Source: Flectonema sp. DT1601
Taxonomy: Eukaryota
DNA length: 64,000 nt
NCBI GenBank assembly: GCA_964019425.1
Contig: OZ025782.1
Location: forward strand, 992,001-1,056,000
Reading direction: 5' to 3'
Part shown: positions 24,577-38,100 of the stretch, piece by piece
Numbering within the stretch: position 1 is the stretch's first letter
How the letters are laid out: each line of letters starts with the position of its first letter
Translations under genes and position numbers: made by a program
Notes under the pieces: model-generated
Told to the model about the DNA's origin: nothing
Databases searched by the model: none
Seen by the model: only the letters and a program-made list of their open reading frames with translations

Positions 24577-25335
24577 TTATGCACAAGAGGAGTAGCATTG
24601 AGTAAGTGGTAGGGACTTACTTCTACCAGTTTCCACCTGAGCATCAGTCTGTCTTGATATCGCAGGATCACTGCCGCTCATCTGCGAGGAAGGTCCCATT
24701 GAACCCTCGTCAGCACTTCCTGTAGCACTACTCTCTCTCGTGTTACTTGGAGGGCTTTCCTTGCTGATAACCTTTTTCGGAGTAGTCTCACCCACCTTAA
24801 AAGCAGCAGCAAGAGGTGTCGTATAAAGTGGTATCCAGGATCCGTTAAACGCCTGCCATGAAGAGATAGTGTGAGGCATTCTACCACAGTGACTGTTTAT
24901 TGTTGTAATCCATCCGAGATCAGATTGTGGTCCTTCAGGAGTATTAACAACTGACCACATTCCCTGTCTGGATGAGAACAGTCTGGCTGGTCCAGATTCC
25001 CACATTGGGAAACCATTAAAGTTTTCCGTACAAAGAGAGTAAACTCCCTGAAGTTCCGGATGAATAGGACATCTGAGATTGAGAAGTTTTGGAATGTTTC
25101 CAGCAGCTCTCAACTGATGAGGTCTTGTTCCAAGAGTAGGCGCGTTATCCATTCGAAGCTGACTTCTCGGTGAGCTCAGTTCTCCAAACGTGAAGTTCTC
25201 TAAAGCAACTTTCACATCATTCAAAAGAGGAACGATCTTTTTTCTTCTGCGAGTTCCCTCAACCTTCTCAACATTATTCAGTGAGCCCATCACAGATGGT
25301 CTGCATGAGTCTCTAACAGATTCTTCATAACACAT
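24577..25335 (-). CDS. Hypothetical protein (252 aa) with a ~85-aa Trp/Gly-rich domain
   Basis: ORF with a compact central domain (LQGVYSLCTENFNGFPMWESGPARLFSSRQGMWSV...GW...HCGRMPH...WQAFNGSW) flanked by low-complexity regions; CAG 23 nt upstream of the ATG. Confidence 0.75.
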   Translation of the reverse strand: MCYEESVRDSCRPSVMGSLNNVEKVEGTRRRKKIVPLLNDVKVALENFTFGELSSPRSQLRMDNAPTLGTRPHQLRAAGNIPKLLNLRCPIHPELQGVYSLCTENFNGFPMWESGPARLFSSRQGMWSVVNTPEGPQSDLGWITTINSHCGRMPHTISSWQAFNGSWIPLYTTPLAAAFKVGETTPKKVISKESPPSNTRESSATGSADEGSMGPSSQMSGSDPAISRQTDAQVETGRSKSLPLTQCYSSCA

Positions 25336-26128
25336 ACTTGTTGATGTGAGTTGGGGACCTGTTTATAAATAACATCAAAACTACGACGCGAGAGTCTCAT
25401 TGTAACTCAAACAAGACCGTCAACAGTAGTACCCTACTGGAATATCAGTTGCATTTTCTGCAGTGGGGGTACTAAAATAAATAAAAATACTAACCACACC
25501 AACTTCAAATCAGGCAAAAATAAAGCAGCACCCAAAAAGAGCGCCGTCATATCTCGTTAAGGAGGGCGACTTTCTATTTTTTTTTTTTTTTTTTCCCCCC
25601 AATTATTTCTTTCTTCATTTTTTTTTTTTTTCTTAACGGAGGTCCTTCAAAAAAAACAAAAAAAAGAAGAAAAAAAACAAAAAAGAGCCTGCCAAAAGTA
25701 TACAACATAAGCTGTTTAGTAATCTATTTATATCATTTTTAATTTTTATTATTTTATTATTTTTTTTTTCCTCTCTGAAACCATTCCATCGTCTTAGCAA
25801 CACGTGCTCAGACCTCGTGTGTGATGGAACTTGTCATTTTTTTTTTGCAAATTAAAAAAAGAAAAAAGGAGTATATTTTTCAGTTGGTCGTTTGTGTTAA
25901 TTAGGGAATGGGGGAACAATGGGTAAAAAAAAAAAAAAAAAGTTTTAAAAAAAAAGTTTACATTCTAAATATATTTATCCCAAGCAGTAGTCGTGTTGGG
26001 AAGATATAACTTAGCTGCCTCAGTAACAGGGCAGTTAGACTTTAATAGGTAAAAATTAAAAAAAAATTGTCTGTAAACTATTCGAGTAATCTATAAATTC
26101 TAACGAGTTGTGTTATCGACAACGAGAG

Positions 26129-29100
26129 CTACGACCTACTGACTGCCATCAAAGGATGTATAGCAATCGCATCTGTTTTTCTAATTCTAGTCTCCTCCTC
26201 ATTACCGATAGCTGGTGGCGTTAATGTCGGGAGTACAACATTACTAGCAGCTCTACCTCCACCATTCCTGTCAAGAAGTTCTTGAAGATACTTATCAAAC
26301 ACTGGCAGGTCTGGTATCGCAAAACTGTCAGCAACTGCTCGTCTCACGTCTTGCTTTTTAGAATTGGCGCTTCTCTCATTTACGTTAGAGAGTGCTTTCG
26401 TGACTTTTCTTAATAATGATCTTGAAATCTCTTGAGGCTGTACAGCTATTCTCATAAACATTTTCTGTTGATAATAAGGAAGTCTGATTGTAGGACTCTC
26501 CATGAGTTCTTTTCGGCTTCCGAAGTTCTGACGACGCCACCACTTTGGAATACCGACGTCGGTGTCGATTTGAATATTTTTCATTCGACGGAATTGCATC
26601 CATTCATCAGCTCCAACATCATCATCTCGACCTCCCTTTCGAAGAGTCTTTTCCCAGTTAGCACGGCGAGGTCGTTTTCCCTTCTTCTTCCATTTATTCC
26701 AATTCGCCTTCTCCCATCTGGTCTTCTGAGCATCTCTCATCTTCCTTTCCCACGGATACAAACAATCCTCAGCTACTGCGTCGAGAGCAGCCCTTGCTGA
26801 GATTACGTTGAAATTCTTTTCGAGCGTCAAGTCTACTTCTCCTCCCGTCACATTAATTGTGATGTCAGAGTCTCCTACTTCAGATGCTAAAACGCGAACA
26901 CTAAAAGTTCCATCGAGTCCGCTGACAACGTCACCGACGGTCATGTCAGAATTATGTGTTTTCGCCTCAAATTTTAAGAAGTTTCCTTCAATACAATCGG
27001 CTGGTAATGGGATCACTCTAACGTTCGGCTTCTCTCCGACTTGTAAATTTACAACTCCGACCTCCCTGGCTACGCTAATAACTCGTCCAGTCTCTCCAAA
27101 GTACTGTTCGACCGACGAGTCGCAGAGGTGGTGGCGGTGGAGGGATTTTCGAATAGCTGTGGCATCCGATTTAATTGAAACCTCCTCCCCCTGTTGGAAT
27201 GACGAACGGATTCGACGACATTGATTACCCGCAAAGTCTATCAACTTAAACGTAAGAATAACTGGAAGACATGAAACAATCGATGATGGGAATCGACCAA
27301 CAGTTTTAATGTCTTCAGGAGTCTTGTTGCATGAAATCCGAAGCCTCGTAGGAGTCTGAGCGAGTGGAATACCATTGAGAGTCGCTAATATGTTATACAT
27401 ACCAACTGAACCAGGAGCTGTATATTTAACTTTATAAAGTGATGAATCACTTCCTTTAGGAGGTGGTGTAACAGTCACAGGAATCGTATCTTTAGTTCTA
27501 ATGTTAATAATCTTAACAGCGAATGGTTCATTTGGTTGAATACCAGGAACAGCAGTACATGGATTATTTAATATATTGTGTGCTTTGATCATAAAGGTAC
27601 AGTTGGTTCCGGCTTCTGCTTCCCGAAGGCTTTCTCCGAAGCACCAACACCAACAAGGAAAAGCATTCGATGGATCGATGTGATCTATTAGTTTACTTTG
27701 TGTACTCTGTTGAGGTATTGCTCTGTTTACTAAGTCTTCGAGTTTTAGTTCTTTCTCTGTTAACCCTTCGAGATGAATAATTATATCAGTTGCCATCTCT
27801 TGTGCTGTCATCAATGCGTTCTTGTTAGTGACTGCTGACAATAACGCAACGTAAACATGAAAGTTACCTTCTCCGTCAAGTTTTGTGTGAGACTTCCATC
27901 CTCTTGTACAGTGAATGAATATTTGTTTTATATTCTTTCTAACAAACCCTCCGAGCTTTGAATCCCAACCGACACTAAGACCAGATATCAGTGGTTGGAG
28001 TACTTTAGCTCCACGTGAGTGAGAGAAGAGTCCGATTGCTAAGAATCGGGTTTCGCTATCAAGTGAGTCGAAAGAACGCCAGTCAACTGTTAATGAAGTT
28101 GTTGGGAGGTATGTCATCAAACGATGTTGAGCATCAGCCATAGTCGAGTGCATCATTTCCTGAAGTCTGTTTGCCTCTATTTCAATAACTGAATAATAAA
28201 ATGAATCCATCAACTGTCTTGGGCCCGGCACAGCTATTTCCCCATCGTTGACTTGCACACAAACAATTGCCGTCTTCGATGACGCCGCCAACTTGACTGT
28301 CGGCTCCCTTCGCGGACTTACCAAAATTCCAAAACTTTTAATATGCTGTCGGATGGCTGTCTCATAAAGATTACTGAGACTGAATTGTTGATCTCCTTTT
28401 TTATTTAATTCAGCCCATTCAGTCATCGATTCATCTCCTTCAGTCTCCTCAGCTTTTGTAAAGTGACGAAGTAAATCCGACACGTCCTTCAGAAGATTTG
28501 AAATTCTGTAGTGAAGCAGATCAGCTCCACCAGGATGAATCTTCCATGTGCCCTCAAGTTCAAATTTACATTTAATACCTGGGAGTAGATCGCTGAGTCC
28601 TTCTGTGAAGGAATCTTGTTTGGCAGTCATTAAGCGACGGAGGCAGTCAAACTCGTGATGAATGAAGAGAGGTGATAGGGCCTTTGATGGCTTTGAAAAG
28701 TACGCATTACCTCCCTTCACGTCGTATAGTATTGTTAATTCTGAGTTTCCAGCAGCCTTAGCAGCTTCGTTAACGTCTTCCGTGACAAAGAAGTCGCCCT
28801 CACTCCAGGCAGCTCTTCGAAATGTTATTCCTGAGAATGGAGGAACCTGACGTGCGTTCAAATATTTCTTCTCCGGCAGCGCGATAGTTTTCAAAGATTG
28901 CACGAGATTCCAGATTCCTCTGTTAGAGCTGAGCATTTCAAAACATTTAATTCTATCTTGAGGGCTATCAAAGCGATACTTGTCTACTGCTCTCCAGTCA
29001 ACAGATACTCTCATTCCCATAAGGAGTTGATTATTTGATGTTTTCATCCATTTCATTACCTCACGAAGGACGTCGTCTGCGTTTGATTTGGCGATGCGTT

Positions 29101-32100
29101 CTTTACGACGGAAGTGGGCTTCAATAGCAACATCCAAGTCGCCGCAAATAATTTGATTGTCAACAAAAGAGAACTTCTCGTGAACAACACCTTCAGCATC
29201 GACTACAACACGAACTCTACTGACGTCAGCAACGAATTCTAATTGTACGCAAGATATTTGACTGACGAGACCATCAGCAGCCACTGCGATTCTCTCCTTT
29301 GCATCCTCATCGTCTTTCTTCGTTGGCTTCTTCTTCTTTGATGGCTTCACTCCAACAACAAGACAATCCTCAGAAATGGCACCAGTTGTACTAGTCCAGT
29401 CATGGTCTCTACTTGTGTATCGATGAACAACAAGAAGTGATGCTAAGTGTTGGAATACAGTAAGTCTATTAGTAGCAGGTAAGTCAACTAGTGATCCAGT
29501 ATTCAATCTGAAGGCTCTTCCTTGAAGATCTAAACAACTAAGAAGCGAAGAATATCTCGACTTCTCATGTTCAACAGTTAGTATCTCTGATAACTTCTCA
29601 GCCACCCATTTAGTCTTTGAAAGATTAGCGATACCAATCGCACGAACATCTGGCCACGTTAGACGTGAGAATCTAATGTGATTCTTCTCTTTGGGCCATC
29701 TATCATCATCATTTGGTTGAGAGTGACTCGGATGTCTAATAAAGTCTCCTCTTATCGTATTAGGACCGTGGTCTTGAGATCTACTTGGATCATTAAAGAA
29801 TTCACTGAGCATTGCTCTGATAGAAGCAGACATAACAGGAAGGAAGTAACCAGCAGCACCAGGAAATCTCGGATTTAATGAAATAGCAGGAGAAACAGAA
29901 GCTCTGGTCATCGATTGAGTAGATCCATAAGCAAGTCGAAGTGCTATCGCTCCATTTCCAAACATGAGAGAGTATTCAAAAGGAGTAAATCCAGTTGTCG
30001 GTAGTTCATCTGATCGTTTTGGAGATTTAGATTCGCCGCCATCTTCTTCATTATTCAATTCCTCATCTTCAGAATCATAATCAATGAGATCCGGATGAGA
30101 GTCAGTTTGATTAATAAAGTCGTGTAGGTTTAGAGCTTCGTCTCCTTTTAACTTTCTTTCTAATTGAACTAAACAACCAATCATTGTAGCAATCGCATCT
30201 TCTAATCCAGAGATAGCACAGAGATGTAATAATGACATTCCAGAAGGTGTAACTTTTAAAAGTCTTCTCGCAGCTGTTTTTGACATTAAAAACAAAACCA
30301 CTTTCTCTCTGCTGCATTCGATTGCTCGCATGAGAGCTGTGCGTCCTCTAGTATCCTGAGAAGAGACGGATGACATTTGAAGCTGAAGAAGTATTTGAAC
30401 GATGTCGAGGTTTCCACGTTCAGCAGCTAAATGAATAGCATTACAATTATCAGGAAGACAATGATCACCCAATACCTTAACTACTACTGCATGATTAGCT
30501 CTCACTGCCCACTCAAGTAGTGACCATGTAGTTGGATCTTTTACCTTGTCGCCCTGTGATTCATTCCTGCAAAGATTCTCAAGTCTGGTATTCGCTCCTC
30601 CGTGTGTTCCACGACTACTCTTTGCTCTCATGATAGTACAACCAAGTCGTAGTGATTCCTGTGAGTTTTAGTTCGATTCGAAACATTGAGTGATGACAGT
30701 AATATGAATACATCAGTTTAGTGAATTACACTTTTTAAGATAATTAAAAAAACAAAACATACCCTGAGAGGCGGAATAACTGATGAATACGTCAAGTCAG
30801 TTGGGAATGACTGAGCTGAACTTTTCTTCAGGTTTGATAACTTTACGTGAATTCGAGCCGCCATGTGAGCTGCGTGACTCAACCATCCTGGTAGTAACTT
30901 GTCTTCTATTTCGTCTGTTACTTCAGTTCTCTTACCCAACTGGGAAGTAAGAATCTGATCGAATTCGCACTCAACTTCTTCTGGAGAACCATCCTTTTCT
31001 CTTCTCTGTAAGTGTTCCAATAACTTTGCCTTTATCTGCCAATGTCCCAGAGCCCAGGATATCCAAAGTGCCGATGCCGCGAATGAATCGGAGTGGGAAT
31101 CCTTATCGAGTACCTGTTTTAGAATGTGGTGTGAAGAATAGAAATATAAATATTAATTACTTGTGAGGTTGTAAAATGACACATACGCTGATAGTTCTCA
31201 AATCGAAGTCATTCATAAGAAGTTCAACAACATCATCACAACCACCTTCAGCAGCACAATGAAGAACAGATGTTGATGGTGAAGTCAGACTCTCATGACG
31301 AGTCCAGTACTGAAGAAGTGGATGCGCAACATCAGAATGCCCTCTCGCACAGGCTCTCATGAGAGCTGTAAAGTTCTTGGCATTCAAAAGACTGACGTCA
31401 GCTCCACTTCCAACTAGTACTTCAACAACAGCTCCATGTCCCCTCTCACACGCATGAATCAAGGCAGTGTTGCCGTCTTCATCAGTCGCATCTAAAACAG
31501 AACCAGCCTTCATTAGAGTAGTTACAACTGGTACACTACCAACACGAGACGCTAACATTAGAGGAGTGAGTCCTCCTTTCACTTGTACTCCCTTGGTTTC
31601 TGTTTTCCCGTTAAGGCGTCGTGTTAGGAATCTAGTTCCTCCACCCGCACGAGGAGTATCGAGTTCTTGTCCTTCAAGTTGAATGAGCAGCAGCTCAACA
31701 ACCTCAACGTTGTTTGCTAACAGAGCGCAGTGAAGAGCAGTGTAGCCATCAGAATCTCTGAGAGAAGGAATATCGTGTTTCTTTGTTCTCTTTAGGAACA
31801 GGAAGAAGATATCGCGCTCTAGATTCTTAGCGGCGATGTGAATCGGATGGCGATAAGGAACATCGCTAAATGCGCGAAGATCAAAGTCGCTAACTTCTGT
31901 GAGAAAATGGCTGTCGCGCGACATGCTTCGGGAGGCCCGAGATCCTTCTTTCAAGAGAAGGGCGGCAATCTCCCAATGTCCTTTGTGACACGCCACTAAC
32001 ACTAGAGTTGTTAATTCTTCACTTGAGAGCCCTCTCAGTCCCTCTTGTTGAATAATATACTTTGCAATTCGAATGTATTTCTCACACTTCTCTCGCAGAC

Positions 32101-35100
32101 TCCTCGACTCGTAGCGGGACTTTGAAGTGTGTGCAAAGTATGGCGCACCATCGATAACTCCCCAAATCGGTCGTAATTTCAATCTCAGCGACTCATCAAA
32201 ATTAATTGTGCGTACTGAACGAGGTGCTCGTTTCTTTGTCTCTTCAAAAATCTTTAGGAATTCCGAGAAAGTCATCATCGGAGCAACTTGCGAAGAGAAG
32301 GTCTCCGCATCGCTACCATCAAATGAACAGGCGGCGCAACATTTTGAGACCGACTCCGACGCCATGTCATCAGCGCGTAAGGTGAGGTACGCGTGACGGA
32401 GTGTTCCGTACGTTGAGATGATAGCTTTTCGAATGTTCTCCATACTCGATTCCTCCTCCTCTTCTTCTTCATCGAGTTCCAACGCTCTGAGTATAAGAGA
32501 ATGACGACGAGGAACGTCTTGATCCATGCGACTGTAGAAGTTGCCCTTCTCATCACTATCACTACCTCCATCATCACCATAAGGATCTTCATCATCATCT
32601 GCAGGAGGTTTCACTCGTACTCGTGGCTTATCAAACCATCGAACTAATGAAGGAATCATCTTAGGCCTGGCCATGGTAGAGTCATCCTGAAGATCTGCTC
32701 CGTTTGCGTGTAAATACGTAACAAGTTCTTCAGATCCTGAGCGAGCAGCAAGGAACAGAGAAGTTACATTTGTGAGGACAAACTGTTTTCCAAATGGTAT
32801 AGATTGAGAAGTTGACGTGATAGGTCTCAAGAACGACGTTATGTTTGAGGAAGTCGCTTCAGGGAAAGCGACCTGCTCGCAATAGTTGAGATCCGTACGA
32901 AGCTCAACCAGTTTATCGACTACAGCTCTTCCTCCTCGCATAACGACAAATGGAAGAGGAGATTTACTCACGTTGAGTCTTAGGTTCGGACTCGCAATGA
33001 GAGCGTCCAACATCTTCATGTTATTAAAAGCAGCAGCCAACCAAACTGGAGTAACATATCCAAGAACTGGATCTTCAATAGCCTGATTGATATCAAATCC
33101 ATACTTTAGTAAATACACTCCGGCATCAGCTGAGCCAGGACGCATGCAGGCAGCCTGTAAATAGTTCAGTCGACTTGTCTTAGAGCTCTTTCTCTCAACG
33201 ATGTCCATCAGTGAGAGGAATTGTATTATCACAAGGTGATCTTGTGCAACAGAAGCATCTCTTCCTGTTGATTGTTTTTGTGGAGGCCGCTGAGAAGATG
33301 ATGATTGAGGTTGGATTTGCTTCCTTCCAAAACCAACGAGTAACTGCATCTGAACGAACGGCTGGATATTTGGAGCTGTAGAACAACTCAATCTCGATAA
33401 CCGAACTCCTTTAGAAAGTAGGAATGCCAACGCTTCAGGTCTTCTACCTCTGACTGCCCAGTCAGCCGTTGTACCGACTCCGTGAACACCCTTCTGCAGT
33501 TGACGGTAAATCAAATTCGAATCGCATGTCTCGGGGAGTAGCTGTTTTGATGTTTTTTATAACAAAAGTTAGAGAGATCCTTTCTCTTTAAAGAACGCAA
33601 GCAATAACTATTAACAATACTAATAAGGACAAACTAACCTACACAAGTAGCTTCAAAACGGGTGTAGGCCCGAGTATTCGCGCGAAGAGTCTCGCTTCCG
33701 GCGCAAGGACACAACAGGTAGGCGCTGGACCGACATTCAAATAGGCAGGATTTTTTGGATATCACCTCGTGACACCGAAGCGTATTGCCTGCGGCTGATC
33801 CTCAACGCGCGCCCAGGCCTGAAGAGCTTCGATGATGCCATGACGGTCGATAGCATGGAATGAAAGACGTGCTTTAAGACAAACAGAGTGACGCAGTATA
33901 ATATCATCCAGTGATTTGTCACCTTGTCAGAGAACAAGACAAAACTCTCAAAGTGAGCAACTATCCATGAATGATATTAAGCCCAGCCCATCCTTTAATA
34001 ATAATAATAATAATGATGAATAACAACACATACAATATCAGCAGCTCCCTCGCTGCAGGATTCATCTTTCAAACAAATCTTCAAAAGATCAATTTCACCT
34101 GCAGCTGCGAGGTAATGGAGAACGTGTGGAGAATCGTAGATGTGAGGACTGTTTAGTTTTATTTTTATAAGTCATTACTTCGCATTCTACTTACTCTCAA
34201 TACATACATTTCATCACTACAGACTGCAGACACGGCATCAGCAACACTTGATCCTTTGTCTACCATCTCATAGACAATCTGGTTGTTTGTTTATTTTATT
34301 TATTTATATAATCAAGAAGAAGGATAACTGTATCAAGACATACACTAAAATATCCTTTCGATGCCGCAATGTTTAGAACATGAGACCTGTTGTGGGTTTC
34401 ATTCATCGGACTGTTTGCTTTCACGAGAAGGGAAGCAATTTTCTGAACTGACGCAGATCGGAGAACTTGTTTTTTTGTGATATACATCTGAATGTGTTGC
34501 ATCCCACCAGACGCTGCTGAAGGTGCTCTAGAAAGACAGGCATGCAGCGCTGTTTGAGTTCCGTGTTCAAGTTGTTTTCCGATACCACTATTTGCCTTTC
34601 TGGTTAACAAGAATGAAGCAATATCCCCTTCCAACAGTAATGCTGCGAGAAACAGTGGACTTACTTTCTGACCAGCCACCTTCAACTTCTTAAATGGTTG
34701 TTCCTGAGGAAGTTGTCCCAATTCGTTTACATCACTTCCAGCAGCTACTAGTTTTTGAACAATCTGTTTGGGGATTTTGTTCATAAAGATGATTACGTTA
34801 GTAATAAAATATTTTAAAAACATAATAAAACATACCGACAGGCTTCCGTGTTTGATCGCCTCTAACAATGGAGACTTCTTAGTAATAACTTCTCCCTTCA
34901 TTCGATATTCTTCTATTAGGAGGTCAATCATCTTTTCTTGTTTGTAACGACAAGCAGCATACAATAAAGATCCCGAAGCGGTACCGAATTGTTTGCTTGT
35001 TGAAAAGCGCATTGACTTGTCCGGATGAGTAGCTGAATACTGTAAAAGTACTTTGAGAGCGAGCTGGTTATTAGATGCTACGAGTTCATGAAAGATAGTG

Positions 35101-38100
35101 TGTCCTGTGTCAGCGAAGAAGTCACCCCTCCCAGGGATGGTTGTTTCACCTCCGGTGTCAAGACGAAGTAAATATCCGCCGTCTTCTGTTTCATTCAACA
35201 CCTTTCCTGAAACTAGTCCTCCACTTTTTACGACTTGAATCCTTTTACCAACAACTACTTTGTGTCTCTTTCCAGTCTCAGAATGTGTTAAGACATTAAC
35301 AGGCAAAGTTGGAAAGGGAACTGCCGGCTTTTTCCATCTCTGAACCCCTTTTCTGCCGACCATAACTGGTTCGAGGGATTTCTTAATAATTTGATAAACA
35401 GATGAATAGAGAGCTTTGCATTCTCTAGTGTTTGTCTTCGGATCTCTTGTTGGTAACAACCCACGTGATAATAACATCAAACAAGTTTCAATTTTTGTTC
35501 CTTCGAAAGCGTAATCGAGAGCATTGCGATGTGGTGGTGGTAGTTCTCTACCTGCTGAAGGAGAGAGACCCCAATCGACGATAAGTTTTTGCATCAGATC
35601 AAACTTGTTAGCTTCAGCAGCATATGAAAAGACATCACGACGTTGTGTTGCACTCAAGTTAGTAACTCCATCAGTTGAGTTGAAGACATCTAAGTGAGAG
35701 TTATCTTTAGAATCGAAATCAGTTTGAGGATAGGGAGGAGTTCTATCGAGAGTAGCTGACTGACCAGACTTCTTTATCAGTTCTAAAATAGCATCAACAG
35801 AAGCCCACAATCCTTTTGAAGCAGCCAAGTCAATGTAATCCAACGGGTGCGGCATATCACTATCAGAGTCGCTATCTAAATTAATACCCCACCCGCATAG
35901 GAATACAACTAAAGCTTCAAAATCAACTTCTCTGTCAGTTCGTAGACTCTTTTTATTAACAGCAGCTGTTTGACTTTCCTTTACTTCTTTCTGTCGATTG
36001 CCGTCTTCAAAATACTTCTTTCTCCCAGAAGTTGAACTTCCTTTTATTGTTACCTGCGATGGTGCGGATTCCAATGCTATCCAAAGACAGTTTTTATTCT
36101 TCTTCAGTCCTGAGACAGCATTGATATCAGCATCAATACCGATGAGAGCTCTCGCTATTTTTATTAATCCTTTTGAAACAGCGAGGTGGAGAGGTGGCAT
36201 TCCATCAGCGTTTGGGATATTCACGCGATCCCTGAGATGAACCATAAGACTGGCGGCAGTATCTCTGCCGTCGAGAATCGCTTGCAGAAGTGGACCATCA
36301 TCGCCTTCTTCGCTAACAGGATCGGCACCCTGTTCTATTAAAAATGTGACAGCTCTTCCATCACCGAGTTTTGCTGCCAGTGCAAGTGGTGTCAACTTTT
36401 CCTTTCCTCTACTACGAGGATCACAACCCTGTTCTACAAGCCATCGTAGGATGCTGTGATTCCCACTTTCAATATATTTATGCAGCAGACTCGACTTCAT
36501 TTTATCATCCATCTTCTGCAACACCAAAGCAACTAAATCTAAATTACTATCTGAGATCAGTTTGTGGCACACTTGTGGGAGTCCCGGATCATCTTCACCA
36601 GCTCCGTGTTCGAGGAGTAACTTCACAACTTGTTTGTAGTTACGACGAGTTGACACAGCGCAAAGAAGAGCAGAGTTACAAGTATAAAGACCTTCATTAA
36701 GAATATACGAATCTTTGGGAAGCTTCTTTTGTGGTGCTGCACAACTTCGAAGCTTGACTGTAATGTTACGAGAGGCTAGAGATGAGAAGACGTCAGGAGA
36801 AGCAGGGACAGATATCGTGATTGTGAATGGAGCCGAGGCTGGTGCTGCAGCTATCGCTGCTTCTACAGCGTAGTCACAATCAGGGATTCGACTTATCTCA
36901 CACTGTCGTTGGTTGACTGCTACAATTCTCATTCCAGGTTCAATACCCGCTACCTCAGCTCTACTACCAGAATCCACAACAGAAACTTCATTTCCACTGC
37001 ATTCGATTCCGATCCCCTTCGCGTTGTCTTTTCTGATTGTAATTTCTTGTGAGACTTCAGTTACTTTATATCCTCCCGACGCGTATGCAGAGAGACCGGC
37101 ACGTTCTGCAGGACTCGCTTCGATGACATTTGAAAGAAGCAAATCGCCATCCAGTTCAAGTCCGAGCTCCTCATCAACAGAGTCCCTTCGGATTGTTATT
37201 TCAACGACAGGGACGGCAGGTTCTTGATCGGATCGGCTTTTACGGAGCCAAAAGAGACCAGATTCGAGTCGATCATCTTTGAAGAATGGAACTCGATAAC
37301 GAGGCTTCATGTCTGCGTGAACAGCATTACAATGATGTCCTCCAGCATTAGACCAATTCATAATCATTTGACCTTTCGGTATTCTTTCATGAATTGGGTT
37401 GTTTCCTTCTTCATCTAATTTCGGATGTAATCTTTTTACCTTAACATCATCCCATTCACTCTCGTCTTCGAATTCGTGTTTTCTCTTCAGCTTGTAGTCT
37501 TTAGGATCTTCCTTTCTAAACTCCCACGACTTAAGCCTCCAGCGACCTTCTGACTTTCGAACTTTCCTTTTGAAGTCGTAAATCTGTTCCGCAGTCATCG
37601 AAGTCAGATCAAAACGCGGCTTCTTCTGACACGAGAAAGCGATCGACTCACCTCTCATAACAGGATTAGCCCCATGTTCTCTGAGTAGTAATTCACAACA
37701 TGAAAACATATTCTTCTCAGCTGCGACATGAAGAGCAGTGCAGTCCGTAATATCTAACGAGTTGACAATCAAGTCGGGTACTTCTTTCAGTAAATATTCA
37801 GCAGCATCTCCGTTACCTGCGTGAAGAGCAGAGTAGAGAGGTGTTCTTAAATTAACGTCCTTCGCATTGGGGTCCATGTGTCGAAGCAACATTTTAACTA
37901 TTTCAAGTACTCCATGTTGACAAGCCAAGTGAAGAGGAGATCTCCTGGTGTCATCAAAACAATCATCATAAAGTGGTGTGCTGGCTAAGTTCACGTCATT
38001 CAATACGAAGTCAACGATGCCCACTTGTCTGGAATCCGTTGCGTCGTGAAGTACACTTCTTCCGTTCATTCCTCTCTTCAGAACTTCCCTTCTGTCATAC

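Noticed and set aside
33737..33937. Minus-strand 66-aa ORF as an extra exon of the ankyrin gene
   Set aside because: Phase-0 donor 34033 joins acceptor 33542 cleanly, and the meaningful frame here is the + strand Helitron fragment.
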